A program made the translations under genes and the position numbers. A stretch of 64,000 nt of DNA from an uncultured Verrucomicrobiae bacterium (GTDB taxonomy: Bacteria; Verrucomicrobiota; Verrucomicrobiia; Limisphaerales; Palsa-1400): positions 1,056,001 to 1,120,000 of the forward strand of contig CAVXRD010000002.1 in the NCBI GenBank assembly GCA_963764165.1, given 5' to 3'. The notes under the pieces are model-generated. The model was not told the DNA's origin and made no database searches. It worked only from the letters and a program-made list of their open reading frames with translations. Shown piece after piece: positions 1 to 9,723 of this stretch; position 1 is the first letter of the stretch; every line of letters starts with the position of its first letter.

Positions 1-1
1 A

Positions 2-649
2 AACCTGGCTCAAGGCATCGAATGTCTTCACCTTTTTGCGCCCGCGCGCAAATCCGCCGAGCCAATTCTTCGGCGGAGTGTAACTTGCAAGCCATGTGTA
101 GGGAGAAGTGATAATCAGTTGGCCTTCTGGAAGAACCAATTCCGGCAATCGCTCCAGGCAGCGCATCGGTTCGCGGAGCCTGTCAATCAGATTGGCCATA
201 AAGACGGCATCGAACGCGCCCAAATCACGGCGGAGGCGCGTTGCGTCGCCCACCTCAAACTTGGCGCGAGAACGGCCAATTTCCTGAGGCACTCGCGCTG
301 CCCGCATCTGCGTCAATTCGCCTTCTTCAAATGATTTGAATCGAATCGAACCCTTGCGTCGAAGCTGGTTGGCGAGTTGGATGAATTGATCTGAGAAATC
401 GATGCCAATTACTTCTCCGCAATGCCGGGCCAGTTCAAACGTGCTCCGGCCGACGGCGCAGCCAAGATCTAAAGCGCGCGCCTCGGCGGGAAGGCGGCTT
501 GCATCCAAACCGAGTTCCACGCATCGGGCGGGAAATGGCGGCGCGGCGGCGTCAGCCCAACCGGGCGGCGCGGGCAAATCCTCCGCGCCGTAGTGAAACA
601 GCAGGTATTCCGACGCGCCCCGGGCGCTGTCATAATAATTTTCAGCCAT
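2..649 (-). CDS. Stand-alone OvoA C-terminal-type SAM methyltransferase (putative 4-mercaptohistidine N1-methyltransferase); 3' end runs off the window
   Basis: Not in the ORF track. Manual translation from ATG 649: MAENYYDSARGASEYLLFHYG...ALDLGCAVGRSTFELARH...VIGIDFS...FEVGDA...MANLIDRL...SPYTWLASYTPPKNWLGG. It has SAM motif I plus the motifs typical of the OvoA methyltransferase domain. Confidence 0.8.
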   Translation of the reverse strand, partial: MAENYYDSARGASEYLLFHYGAEDLPAPPGWADAAAPPFPARCVELGLDASRLPAEARALDLGCAVGRSTFELARHCGEVIGIDFSDQFIQLANQLRRKGSIRFKSFEEGELTQMRAARVPQEIGRSRAKFEVGDATRLRRDLGAFDAVFMANLIDRLREPMRCLERLPELVLPEGQLIITSPYTWLASYTPPKNWLGGFARGRKKVKTFDALSQV

Positions 650-662
650 CGCTGCCGTTGGG

Positions 663-1802
663 TCAAGCGGCCAGGAGTTTGCGCAAATAAGCCGATGGTT
701 GGTAATTCTCGATCACCGTCTCCACTTGGCTGCCGCGATACATGCGCGCTTGCGGGACATTAATTTCGGGCGTTTTCGTCGCGGAAAATAAAATGTCGTC
801 GTGCGTCGCGTTTTTTGACTCGGCGAATTTGTCGGGCGTCAAATGTCCGCCCAAATGGTCGCTGCGGCCGGTCGCCACGTGCAGCGTGCCGAGAATTTTT
901 TCGTCCTGAATGTCGCGGCCCGAAGCGGGCAATTCCTGCGTGCCAAAACCGAGTTCGCCGATTTCGCCGGTGACCGGATCAGATTTTAATTTGCGGTTGT
1001 GCTCGTCAATCACATGCTGGCTGCCGCGCAGCAACGTCGATTGTTTCACCTTTCCGCCCGCTACTTCCAGCACGCCAATCGTCCCGTCTTCGTAGCGCAA
1101 GGGAAAGGAGCCATCCGCGCTTTCCGGCACAAAATAAACTTCGCCCGCCGGGAGATTCGCCACATCCGGTTTGTCGCCGCGGCACATGCCGTGGCTTTTT
1201 TGCGCTTCCTGCCCGTTGGTGTGAAGAGTCAGGCTCAACTTCTTGCCGAGGACTTCGTAATCGATTTCAAAGCGATCCGCCTTCGTCAAACCGAGCCGCA
1301 GCTTTTCGGCCTGGCGGCTGACTTCGTTGTAATCGACCGCGAGGCCGGTCCGCAAAATAATATCGTTGACGCCATGCAAGGTTGCGCCGCGAAAACCATA
1401 TTTCTTGGCGAAAGCGGTCAGCGGCGCTGTCGCCGAGAAAGTGGAAACGCAGAGGATGATCTTGTAATTCGGATAAACGTCGCGCTCCAAATTCACTTCG
1501 GCGCCGGTGGGAGTGAAGGCGGTGGCGGGCAAATCCAGATTGCTTCCGCCAGTCGCTTTGTAGGCGAACATTTCGCCGCCAGTCAAACCGAGTTCCTTCA
1601 ATCCGCCATTCTTCAATCCCAGGTAAAAGACATCGTGCGCCTTCCGTTGGATGGTCAGCGAATCATTCTGGAGGAAAGCGAAGTCCTTGATTCCAGACGG
1701 ATCCGGGAGATCGATAAGTATGGCAACGCGCTCCCCGCCTTTGGGAGCAAACACGGTTTGGAGCAAACGCGTCAGGCTGAACGGCGGAAATTTTTTGTCC
1801 AT
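663..1802 (-). CDS. M29/thermophilic metalloprotease-like aminopeptidase family protein
   Basis: Motifs ANLPAGEVYFVP, IGELGFGT, DEKILGTLHVATGRSDHLGG and HDDILF. Confidence 0.7.
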   Translation of the reverse strand: MDKKFPPFSLTRLLQTVFAPKGGERVAILIDLPDPSGIKDFAFLQNDSLTIQRKAHDVFYLGLKNGGLKELGLTGGEMFAYKATGGSNLDLPATAFTPTGAEVNLERDVYPNYKIILCVSTFSATAPLTAFAKKYGFRGATLHGVNDIILRTGLAVDYNEVSRQAEKLRLGLTKADRFEIDYEVLGKKLSLTLHTNGQEAQKSHGMCRGDKPDVANLPAGEVYFVPESADGSFPLRYEDGTIGVLEVAGGKVKQSTLLRGSQHVIDEHNRKLKSDPVTGEIGELGFGTQELPASGRDIQDEKILGTLHVATGRSDHLGGHLTPDKFAESKNATHDDILFSATKTPEINVPQARMYRGSQVETVIENYQPSAYLRKLLAA

Positions 1803-1832
1803 CCATACATTCTACACAGCCTTTGAAAATTT

Positions 1833-2633
1833 TCAAAGCGGCGACTCTGTGAACTCGCGCTTGGAAAATTGCCGCCAATGCGTGTAACCGACCGAGCGGG
1901 CCAGTTCCACCGCCGCGGAAAAATCGCTGCCGGCTTCCGCAGGCGCATGCGCGTCCGAGCCGAAAGTAATCGGCAGTCCCCGCTCGAACGCCAACTCCAG
2001 AAAAGCCCGGCTTGGATAGATTTCCCGGCAATCCTTGCGCAATCCCGCCGTGTTCAGCTCAATGGCCACATCCATTGCCACTGTGCGATCCAGAAAATTC
2101 TCAAAGATCGGCGTGCAATCCTGGGTCGGGTAGATTTTGAATTTCTTGGGCAAATCCGCGTGGCCGATGATGTCGAACAACCCGGATTCCGCAGCCTTGC
2201 CGAGCCAGTCAAAATAAATGGACCACACCTCGAACGGATCGCGGCTCCGCCACTTGGAAAGCATGCTGGGATTGTCGATGGCCCAATCCTCGGAAACATA
2301 ATGCACCGAGCCGATCAAATAATCCCACGGATGCCGGGCGGCCAGTTCGCGAATCCACGCCTCCTGGCCAGGCAGATAGTCGACTTCAAGCGAAAGTTTG
2401 ATCGAGAGTTGCGGAAATTCCAGTTGCGCGCGGTGGACTTTCTCGACGTATTCATCGAGTTGATCGGAACGCATCCGCCAATCGTCGAAACCATCACGCC
2501 GCATCGGCGAATGGTCGGAAAAGCCAATCTCCTCAAGGCCCAGTTCGACCGCGCGAGCGGCATATTCCACCGGCTCGCCCGAGGCGTGCCGGCAGAGAGG
2601 AGTGTGCATATGATAATCCGCCGGCCACCGCAT
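1833..2633 (-). CDS. hisJ: Histidinol-phosphatase, HisJ/PHP family
   Basis: Motifs DYHMHT, GFSDH, DYLIGSVH, IIGHADLPKK, ELNTAGLR and FGSDAH. Confidence 0.85.
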   Translation of the reverse strand: MRWPADYHMHTPLCRHASGEPVEYAARAVELGLEEIGFSDHSPMRRDGFDDWRMRSDQLDEYVEKVHRAQLEFPQLSIKLSLEVDYLPGQEAWIRELAARHPWDYLIGSVHYVSEDWAIDNPSMLSKWRSRDPFEVWSIYFDWLGKAAESGLFDIIGHADLPKKFKIYPTQDCTPIFENFLDRTVAMDVAIELNTAGLRKDCREIYPSRAFLELAFERGLPITFGSDAHAPAEAGSDFSAAVELARSVGYTHWRQFSKREFTESPL

Positions 2634-2706
2634 CGGAAGATTTTCTTCGATACGAGGGACGGAAGTCCATTAAATTCGGCGGGCGAAAACAGGGGCAGGA
2701 CAAAAA

Positions 2707-2818
2707 AACTGAACAGGAGAAAGGCCGAGGAAGCGGAGATTCAAAAAAACAGCGTTCGGCAACCCCAGGTCGTTTCTCTCTTTTTCTCTGCGCTCTCGGT
2801 TTTCCTCCTGTTCAAGTT
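2707..2818. repeat. Imperfect inverted repeat (GAACAGGAG...CTCCTGTTC REP-like family)
   Basis: Arms gaacaggagaaaggccgaggaagcggaga and tctctgcgctctcggttttcctcctgttc; a related copy lies at 24911-25005. Confidence 0.65.
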
Positions 2819-2873
2819 CAAAGCAACTTTGTCCACGGCGCGGTGTTCTAAACGAACGATTTCATCAAGAACC

Positions 2874-3839
2874 ATGAATTTCCGTTGGACATGCCTCCTG
2901 CTCGCGAAAGCGCTCCTTGCCGCGGCAAGCGCCCGTTCGGAACCCGACGGCGCGGCTTGGGCTGGCGTTTCCGCGGAAAAATGGCGCCAGATCGCCGCCG
3001 CCGGGCAAATCCCAACCAACCAGCTTGCGCCGCTTGTGCGGCGAATATTGGAGGCCGAATTGAGCGACAACGGAGACTGGACGCCCGATTGGAGCAGAGT
3101 GGCTGAAGCATTGCACGCGAAGGGGCAGTTTCCGTTGGATTTATGGAATCAGTATTTGGTTGACTCAGTGCGGCTTGAGATCGTCGTGGCTGATAATGCG
3201 AGACGCAGCGAAGGCCTCCCGTTTTGGTTCATCCACCCCGGTGACCGCGCGAATTTTGATGGCTTGGATGTTACGCTTCGAGCGTGGCTGGAGGATGACA
3301 TTTCTGGAATTCCGATTCACGGAACGACCGGCGCCCTCTATCCAATCGAACGGGAAAAATTAAAGGTTCATCAATTTACGGGCTCCGGCGGCGGCAACTG
3401 GAAGCCGCTCTCCAATTCGGCTTTTGCCTCGCTGCAACCGGGATTGCAGACCTACCATTATCGTTATCACGTCGAACTGTTTGACGGAAATGTCTCGGCG
3501 GATATCCGATTGAATCGCGCCCGAGTGAGGAGCGTGCGCTCCGCGGCCCATGACTATTTTTTCACGGGCTGCTCGATCTTTACGGGGTTTTCTTCCTCGC
3601 GGATTTTATCCTGGGTCCTCGGCACGAACAGCGCGCATAGAAGCAAAATAAATCCGATTTTTCCGTGGCCCAATATCATCAGGGCCACTGCGCCGGCCAT
3701 TAGCAGAGCCCAAATGGCGATTTGCAAACCGGGCGCGCGCGCCCAGGGTTCAGGACCGCGCAAGGCCGTCCGAAATCCGTCCAACGAAGCCAGAAGCATA
3801 AACAGCCCAATGGCTGATGCACTTCCGAGAAAGACGTAA
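2874..3839 (+). CDS. Hypothetical secreted protein, probably 3'-truncated (reads ~286 nt into the convergent gene)
   Basis: Signal-peptide-like MNFRWTCLLLAKALLAAASA from ATG 2874. Globular-looking sequence to ~3520, then antisense read-through. Confidence 0.45.
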   Translation: MNFRWTCLLLAKALLAAASARSEPDGAAWAGVSAEKWRQIAAAGQIPTNQLAPLVRRILEAELSDNGDWTPDWSRVAEALHAKGQFPLDLWNQYLVDSVRLEIVVADNARRSEGLPFWFIHPGDRANFDGLDVTLRAWLEDDISGIPIHGTTGALYPIEREKLKVHQFTGSGGGNWKPLSNSAFASLQPGLQTYHYRYHVELFDGNVSADIRLNRARVRSVRSAAHDYFFTGCSIFTGFSSSRILSWVLGTNSAHRSKINPIFPWPNIIRATAPAISRAQMAICKPGARAQGSGPRKAVRNPSNEARSINSPMADALPRKT

Positions 3840-5074
3840 ACAAAGGTCGGCACACCGCCGCCTGTCTTTACAGGGAATCCTTTCTCGGAAGGAACGCTCA
3901 AGAGCCACATGATCGCCGCCTCGCCGAGGTATGGCGCATCGCTTAAATCCGAGAGCAACCGCGGCGCGAGCAGCGTTCCGTCCGGCAATTCCCATATCGT
4001 CGAAATCATTTCGGTTGACAGTGGGTAGGCGAGGTCGAACCTGCCATTCTTGCGCGCAGCGCCGACGCCAAAGGCATTGGCCGCGAAACCGAACCCGTCC
4101 ACGACCGGGCCGGAATCCACATCCGCAAAGCTGGAGCGAGCCGTGTTGCTCTTGGGGAATTCGCGGAAGCCCTCGAAGCCGAGGCTTTCCTGCCAGAAAT
4201 TCTGTTCGTAGCTTTGAAACCATCCTTTGGCAGCGGCGGGCCAGAGTTCCGGCGCTGTCAAACCAAAATACGAATTCGCGCATCCTCGCGCTTCGGAAGT
4301 CGGGTGGCCTGTTTTTGCGTCCGCCAGATAGGGCGGCAATTTCAATTTGGTTTCGTGCTGGCCGATAAAGCCGCGCACGGCCCGTGTCACGAACTTCGAG
4401 TGATCGGTCCCGAGCACAGCATCGGCCCGGCGCACGCAGTAAACCGCCGCCATGACATCGCCCGGGTAGCATTGCGAGGGATAATCGTCGAGCAAGCCCG
4501 ATGGCGAGGCATCCAGCTCCTTGGAAAACGTCTCGACCTGGTCGCGGAGGAAATCGAGATGGGCGTGGTCGTGCAAGAGATTTGCCCGGCTGGTCAGCGC
4601 GGCCATGACCAGCATCCGGTAAAAAACATCCTCGTGATGGAGGTAATTCATTCCCCAATGCGTCCGCACCCAGGCCGCCTGATTTGTGTCAATAACAAGT
4701 TCAGACGCGGCCACGATGGCGTCCTTGCAATACTCCTTCGGGTCAATGCCGCTCTTGCCGTCATGAGACCACGCGTCCTCCAAATTTTCCACCGCCCACA
4801 AATAAAACACCGATCCAAACAGCGGCCATTCCGTGCCAGAGATATTGTTCGTTGACAGCGAGACGGCGCTGCCGTTTGTGACACGGTTTTTGGCCCATGC
4901 CTCGTAGCGCGGAGTCAAATGGCGCATGATCCGCCAATCCAGTTCCGGCACGCCGCCGGATTGCAGCGCGGGATCGCGCAGATTCAGCCACGCGCGCACA
5001 GTCGGATAAGCGACCAAAACCGCCGCCAGCAGGAAGGCGATCATTGAATTCAGAAGAACCACTTTGCGAATCAT
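3554..5074 (-). CDS. Membrane-anchored linalool dehydratase/isomerase-like (alpha/alpha-barrel) protein
   Basis: Motifs TEWPLFGSVFY, LLDDYPSQCYPGD, GFREFP and DVDSGPV..GFG...AFGVGAAR. One N-terminal and about three C-terminal hydrophobic helices. Confidence 0.5.
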   Translation of the reverse strand: MIRKVVLLNSMIAFLLAAVLVAYPTVRAWLNLRDPALQSGGVPELDWRIMRHLTPRYEAWAKNRVTNGSAVSLSTNNISGTEWPLFGSVFYLWAVENLEDAWSHDGKSGIDPKEYCKDAIVAASELVIDTNQAAWVRTHWGMNYLHHEDVFYRMLVMAALTSRANLLHDHAHLDFLRDQVETFSKELDASPSGLLDDYPSQCYPGDVMAAVYCVRRADAVLGTDHSKFVTRAVRGFIGQHETKLKLPPYLADAKTGHPTSEARGCANSYFGLTAPELWPAAAKGWFQSYEQNFWQESLGFEGFREFPKSNTARSSFADVDSGPVVDGFGFAANAFGVGAARKNGRFDLAYPLSTEMISTIWELPDGTLLAPRLLSDLSDAPYLGEAAIMWLLSVPSEKGFPVKTGGGVPTFVYVFLGSASAIGLFMLLASLDGFRTALRGPEPWARAPGLQIAIWALLMAGAVALMILGHGKIGFILLLCALFVPRTQDKIREEENPVKIEQPVKK

Positions 5075-5203
5075 GGATATATTATACACGATGCGCAGAT
5101 GGATTGCGCTCGCGGAATTTCCGCCGGAAAACACAGATGATTTAATCTGGAACGACCAAACTCAGGAACGGAGAACCAGGGACTTTTCACGCCCCATTAC
5201 TGC

Positions 5204-5779
5204 TTGTTTGACCAGCCACCCCTGCTGCATTTTCCGCTGGTGGCAGAAACGAACTTATCTCCGAAGGCTCGCGGCCCAAGCTGGATTGACTGCATCCGCC
5301 CGGTGTGGCGGCGTTACTGTTACATTCTTCTGATGGCGGGTTGGATGGGTGGCTTCACATTTTACGCGCTCATTGTCATTCCATCGGCGGAGCGCGTGCT
5401 CGGCAGCATTCGCGACACAGGATTTATTACGCAACAAGTAACGCGCTGGCTGAACATCATCGGCGCGAGTGTGTTGGCGGTCACGCTCTGGCTGGCTACC
5501 GCGAATTGGAAGAAGCAGCCGCCACGCCTGAGACGGGGCGTGGTTGGATGCTGGCTCATCATGGCGCTCGCGCAACTTGGCTTATTCCTCACCCACCCGC
5601 TCATGGATTCCTTGCTCGAAGCGCAAGGCCATAAGCTCCAGCACTTCGAGCGCTTCGAGAACCTGCACACGTTATATTTGACGTTCGCCACCACCCAATG
5701 GTGCGCCGCCCTCCTGCAAATCTGGCTGATGCTGATGATCTGGCGGGCGCGGGATCGGGCGAAAGAATCCCAATCCTAA
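5204..5779 (+). CDS. Four-TM membrane protein (DUF4149-like)
   Basis: WMGGFTFYALIVIP, four hydrophobic segments, FENLHTLY. Start uncertain. Confidence 0.55.
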   Translation: MFDQPPLLHFPLVAETNLSPKARGPSWIDCIRPVWRRYCYILLMAGWMGGFTFYALIVIPSAERVLGSIRDTGFITQQVTRWLNIIGASVLAVTLWLATANWKKQPPRLRRGVVGCWLIMALAQLGLFLTHPLMDSLLEAQGHKLQHFERFENLHTLYLTFATTQWCAALLQIWLMLMIWRARDRAKESQS

Positions 5780-6034
5780 CAAGCTGCCTTTGTCTAGACG
5801 CGCCCATATCCCCATAGTAAACACACGTGTGCCGTTCAGTTATGCCACCAGCCTTCTCGATCAACACCGTTTGCGCGTTCGGTGCGCGGAAGAACTCCTT
5901 CCGGCGAATCCATTGCGTGACTATGGAATTAACCGAATGATCGCCGAAGCTTAAGCGTCACTCGCTGAAATTGTGAACCCCGCCGCGACGGGGTGGTTGC
6001 CAGATGTTCGTGAGCACTTTAAGTTGTTGACGGC

Positions 6035-6295
6035 ATGAAGCCGCTTAAAAGACAGAAGCAAATGCTCCCGCCTGGCATGCTCAAAAAATGGCGCGCCGCG
6101 GTGTATGATTTCCATGTGAGCGCCTTCGGTGAAGAGATGGCCCGAGTGAATCATCTGCCGCTGGCGGAACGCAAACGGTATGTCGCCGAAATGGCGGATC
6201 ACGCGGCCCGCAAGGGCGTCAAGTCTGGCAAGCCAGCTTTGGGAGTCACGCAGCAGCCGCCCAGCGTTTTCATTCCGCCTTGTTCTCCGTTATAA
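6035..6295 (+). CDS. Small hypothetical protein
   Basis: 86-aa ORF with ATG start filling an intergenic gap; no recognisable motif. Confidence 0.35.
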   Translation: MKPLKRQKQMLPPGMLKKWRAAVYDFHVSAFGEEMARVNHLPLAERKRYVAEMADHAARKGVKSGKPALGVTQQPPSVFIPPCSPL

Positions 6296-7900
6296 GCCCG
6301 TTCGGACAAAAACGTAAACGTTTTTTCCATCAGCGATGGGGATGAGCTTTTTCAGCCCGAAAGCGCTGCTTTCTCTTAACATGCGAACGAAATCATCTTG
6401 CAGCGGCTCCGCCGGCATGTTGGCAGAGCCGCCCAAAGTTCCCTTATCTTGGGCGATGACCACGTCGGCAGAATCGAGTGCTTTCCTAAATCGATCCAGG
6501 GTCGGGACAAACGCGCAAGAAACGACTAATGGGCGCACATGCCGGCGCAGATACCAGATATTCACGTTTTCAGGAGCCACTGTGCTCTGGGTTGCAAGAA
6601 TTTTCTTAGGCGCAGGCAAGAGGGGCAAAGACTGCTCCACGCCACGCCACGCTGTTATGTAGCTGAGGCTTCTTGCGTCCTGCTCCCGATGGCTGTAGTC
6701 GGGCCATTCGTAAAACAGCGTCATAATAATCGCCGCCCCCAAAACGACCCCGGAAAGGACGTAACGATAAGGGTTCGGCCAATTTTGGCCGGTCCGCAGC
6801 ATTCCGCCGGCAAAGTAACAGGCGGAAAAAATCAATATTCCGTAAAAGGCGCCACCCAAGAAAACGGTCTTCGCATTGGCCATCGAATTGACGGCATAGA
6901 CCATCGACACAATGAGCCAGAGCAAAGCCGTTTGGAGCCGTCCGACGCGGGTTGATTTGACGAAATGCCAGATGGACAATCCAAGAATAGACGGCGACAC
7001 CGCCCAGTAAAAGCAGCCAAAGTTGGACCTGGCCCCCAGCTTGCCGATGTAGAAAGTCCATTGTGCCCGTCGGTCGCCCGGAAAAGCCCAGACCCCGGCA
7101 TTTTTCCCGTACGAGTTCGCATAAAAATAGTCCCAGATGTGCTTCCAATGAAAGGCGTAATAAGGGCTTGCGATTAAGACAGCCAAGCCTGGACCGGCCA
7201 AGAGCGCCGCCGGCAAGGCTCGCCAGGCTTGCCTTGAATTGGTTCTCGCAAATTCCACCAGCCACCGGCCCAAAAAGGCCGCGCTCAAAACGAGAATGGT
7301 CATCGCGAAAGTTGTAGGCTTGATCAGCAAATTCAATCCGGCCAAGACGCCAAAGACGGAGGAGCACCATCGTTTCTCAAAGAACTGCTCTTGAGTCAGC
7401 GTGAAAACCACGGTAAAGCCAGTGATCGTAGCCCAAGCGATATCGGGACGGAATTCCGCAACAGCCATTGAGGCGAATGGCAGCATCAATGCAATCCACA
7501 GCGCCAGGCAGAAGTCGGCCAGACGGCAGCCTCGGACAAAATAAGCAACGGCAAAAAGATAGGCCGTCAACAAAATGATGTTCGCCATGTAGGGCGAGGC
7601 ATCCTCGTAACCTCCCACCCAGAATGCGAAGGCGGCAAGAGCAGTGGAATAAGGCGAATGAAGATCGTCGCGGGCGAGAAAGGAAGCCAAGCCATTTCGG
7701 CCGTCTTCCCTGATGCTTTCCAACAAATCGGTCCCGCTGGAAAAGTAAACGACATCATCGTAACTGGGCACGTTGCTCAAGCGGCCTTCCCTAAACGACT
7801 TATGGACACAGAAACAAGTGTAGCCGATTGCCAGAAAAACAATGATGAGGCTCCGCCCGTGCTTCCAAGACCGTTCTTTGACGGTATTTGCCATGCTCAT
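6290..7900 (-). CDS. Polytopic membrane glycosyltransferase, GT-C (ArnT/PMT-like)
   Basis: Acidic YDD motif in the first loop, EFRPD, LLIKP, about 11 TM segments and a soluble C-terminal domain. Confidence 0.6.
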   Translation of the reverse strand: MSMANTVKERSWKHGRSLIIVFLAIGYTCFCVHKSFREGRLSNVPSYDDVVYFSSGTDLLESIREDGRNGLASFLARDDLHSPYSTALAAFAFWVGGYEDASPYMANIILLTAYLFAVAYFVRGCRLADFCLALWIALMLPFASMAVAEFRPDIAWATITGFTVVFTLTQEQFFEKRWCSSVFGVLAGLNLLIKPTTFAMTILVLSAAFLGRWLVEFARTNSRQAWRALPAALLAGPGLAVLIASPYYAFHWKHIWDYFYANSYGKNAGVWAFPGDRRAQWTFYIGKLGARSNFGCFYWAVSPSILGLSIWHFVKSTRVGRLQTALLWLIVSMVYAVNSMANAKTVFLGGAFYGILIFSACYFAGGMLRTGQNWPNPYRYVLSGVVLGAAIIMTLFYEWPDYSHREQDARSLSYITAWRGVEQSLPLLPAPKKILATQSTVAPENVNIWYLRRHVRPLVVSCAFVPTLDRFRKALDSADVVIAQDKGTLGGSANMPAEPLQDDFVRMLRESSAFGLKKLIPIADGKNVYVFVRTGL

Positions 7901-8121
7901 GGCCCCGGAGCATTCTAGGATTTCGTGGCGAATGCAACACGAAAGCGGAAGAGGATTTCGTCCATCGGAATTCGACGCTGGCTCCTTCCGAACTGTCCCC
8001 GGCGTTGACAAGAAGATCCGCGTAAATCCCTAATGCGGGCATCCTGAGCGCGGCCGGGTTGCTGTTGGATTTACGGTTTCGCTTGATCAATTGCTTCCTC
8101 CTGCGATCAAATGGCCTTCGT

Positions 8122-9123
8122 ATGACCATCTTGTCATCAAAGTTTCACATGGCCTTTGGCGTTTGCGCGCTGGCATGGATTGTTTCATCAAGCGTCTTCG
8201 CCGCGCCGACGGACGATGTTTATTCGCTCGGGCCGGATTCACTGCCGCACAGTGGGACGCCCAAGGGCAAAGTGATTGGGCCGCTGACGCTGGCCAGCCA
8301 GGTTTTCACCAACACGACGCGGAATTATTGGATCTACGTGCCAGCCCAATACGATCCGAAGACCCCGGCGGCATTGATGATTTTCCAGGACGGACAGGCC
8401 TTCGTGAGCACAAATGGCGAGTATCGGATTCCAAACGTGTTCGACAATCTCATCTATCGCCGCGAAATGCCGGTGACAATTGCCGTGTTCATCAATCCCG
8501 GGCGCTATCCGAACCAGCAGGAATCCAGTTCCACCAATTGGGGAGACAGCATCAACAACCGTTCTGTCGAATACAATGAGTTGAACGATCATTACGCCCG
8601 GATGATCGTGGAGGAATTGATGCCTGCGATGGAAAAGGATTACAATCTATCCAAGAATCCCGATGATCACGCGATTGCCGGCGCCAGTTCGGGGGCGATT
8701 TGCGCTTTCACCGTGGCGTGGCAGCGGCCCGATCAATTTCACAAGGTCATCAGCACCATCGGCAGCTTCACCAATTTGCGAGGAGGCCACGTCTACCCGG
8801 ATTTGATTTTGCAGGGCGGCCGCAAGCCGATCCGGGTGTTTTTGCAGGACGGCGTCAATGATCTGCGTGGGCGCGGCCGCAACAACAGCCCCTACGATCC
8901 GCAAAAGGATTGGCACGCCCAGAATTTGAAGATGGCCGGGGCATTGACTGCGAAAGGCTACGATGTCAATTACTGCTGGGGCATCGGCACGCACTCAGGA
9001 AAACAAGCCGGCGCGATGATGCCGGAAATGCTGCGCTGGCTCTGGCGCGACTATCCTCGCACCGATGATCCCAACGACGACAGCAATCGCAAGTTGTTCA
9101 CCCCAAGCGACAACGCGAAGTAA
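8122..9123 (+). CDS. Secreted alpha/beta-hydrolase, enterochelin-esterase (Fes)-like family
   Basis: Signal peptide; RNYWIYVP, FQDG, nucleophile elbow GASSGA, GIGTH. Confidence 0.8.
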   Translation: MTILSSKFHMAFGVCALAWIVSSSVFAAPTDDVYSLGPDSLPHSGTPKGKVIGPLTLASQVFTNTTRNYWIYVPAQYDPKTPAALMIFQDGQAFVSTNGEYRIPNVFDNLIYRREMPVTIAVFINPGRYPNQQESSSTNWGDSINNRSVEYNELNDHYARMIVEELMPAMEKDYNLSKNPDDHAIAGASSGAICAFTVAWQRPDQFHKVISTIGSFTNLRGGHVYPDLILQGGRKPIRVFLQDGVNDLRGRGRNNSPYDPQKDWHAQNLKMAGALTAKGYDVNYCWGIGTHSGKQAGAMMPEMLRWLWRDYPRTDDPNDDSNRKLFTPSDNAK

Positions 9124-9222
9124 TCCGTCCCGCTTGCGTCATGTGCATATCCTTGATGCGGTGTGGGGATTGCCCCATGCCGCGCGCATATTTGCCCCGT
9201 TCACGGCCCTCCAAAACTGCGA

Positions 9223-9238
9223 TGGCAATGCATCTGCT
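9223..9238 (+). promoter_or_regulatory. Putative sigma-54 (-24/-12) promoter
   Basis: TGGCAATGCATCTGCT has exact GG-N10-GC spacing and lies just upstream of ATG 9254. Confidence 0.45.
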
Positions 9239-9253
9239 ATATATCACAATTGC

Positions 9254-9613
9254 ATGTATAGAAAATTGTCGTATTCAGGTGAAGCTCCGGACGGTTGCGC
9301 GCGAGTCTCCAGCAACAAACGACGCATTTTGGTGGTGCGGGGAACTGGCGGGCTGGATCGGCTGACCGCGCGGTTGTTGGCGCAAGAAACGAACGACGTC
9401 CGGGTGGAAAACAGCACTTCGCAGGCCTTAAAGGTCGCGGTTAAATTTCTGCCGGATGTTATTCTTATTGACTTCGATTTGCCGGCCTCGTGCGCCAGCG
9501 CCCTGGCGGGCCAGCTGCGGGCCGCTCCCGAGTTAAGCCGCGTCCCGATAGTTTTCTTGCGAGACCGACCCGCCAGCGAGCCCGCCCCCGATGATCAATT
9601 CTTTCCAGCTTGA
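9254..9613 (+). CDS. Atypical single-domain response regulator receiver
   Basis: Motifs RILVV, PDVILIDFDLP and VPIVFL; lacks the acidic pair after beta1 and the conserved Lys. Confidence 0.55.
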   Translation: MYRKLSYSGEAPDGCARVSSNKRRILVVRGTGGLDRLTARLLAQETNDVRVENSTSQALKVAVKFLPDVILIDFDLPASCASALAGQLRAAPELSRVPIVFLRDRPASEPAPDDQFFPA

Positions 9614-9723
9614 CGGCGCTCACAGCCGCAGCGCGCCCGCGGAAATTCCTGTCGCATAAAAATTCTTGCGCCCCTGGGGAAGCTCCTATAACATCGGCTC
9701 ACACAAAGGAAGAGGTGGCACCC

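Noticed and set aside
1869..2873. N-terminal half of the 656-aa track ORF
   Set aside because: Antisense to hisJ and crosses a repeat; only the part from ATG 2874 looks coding.
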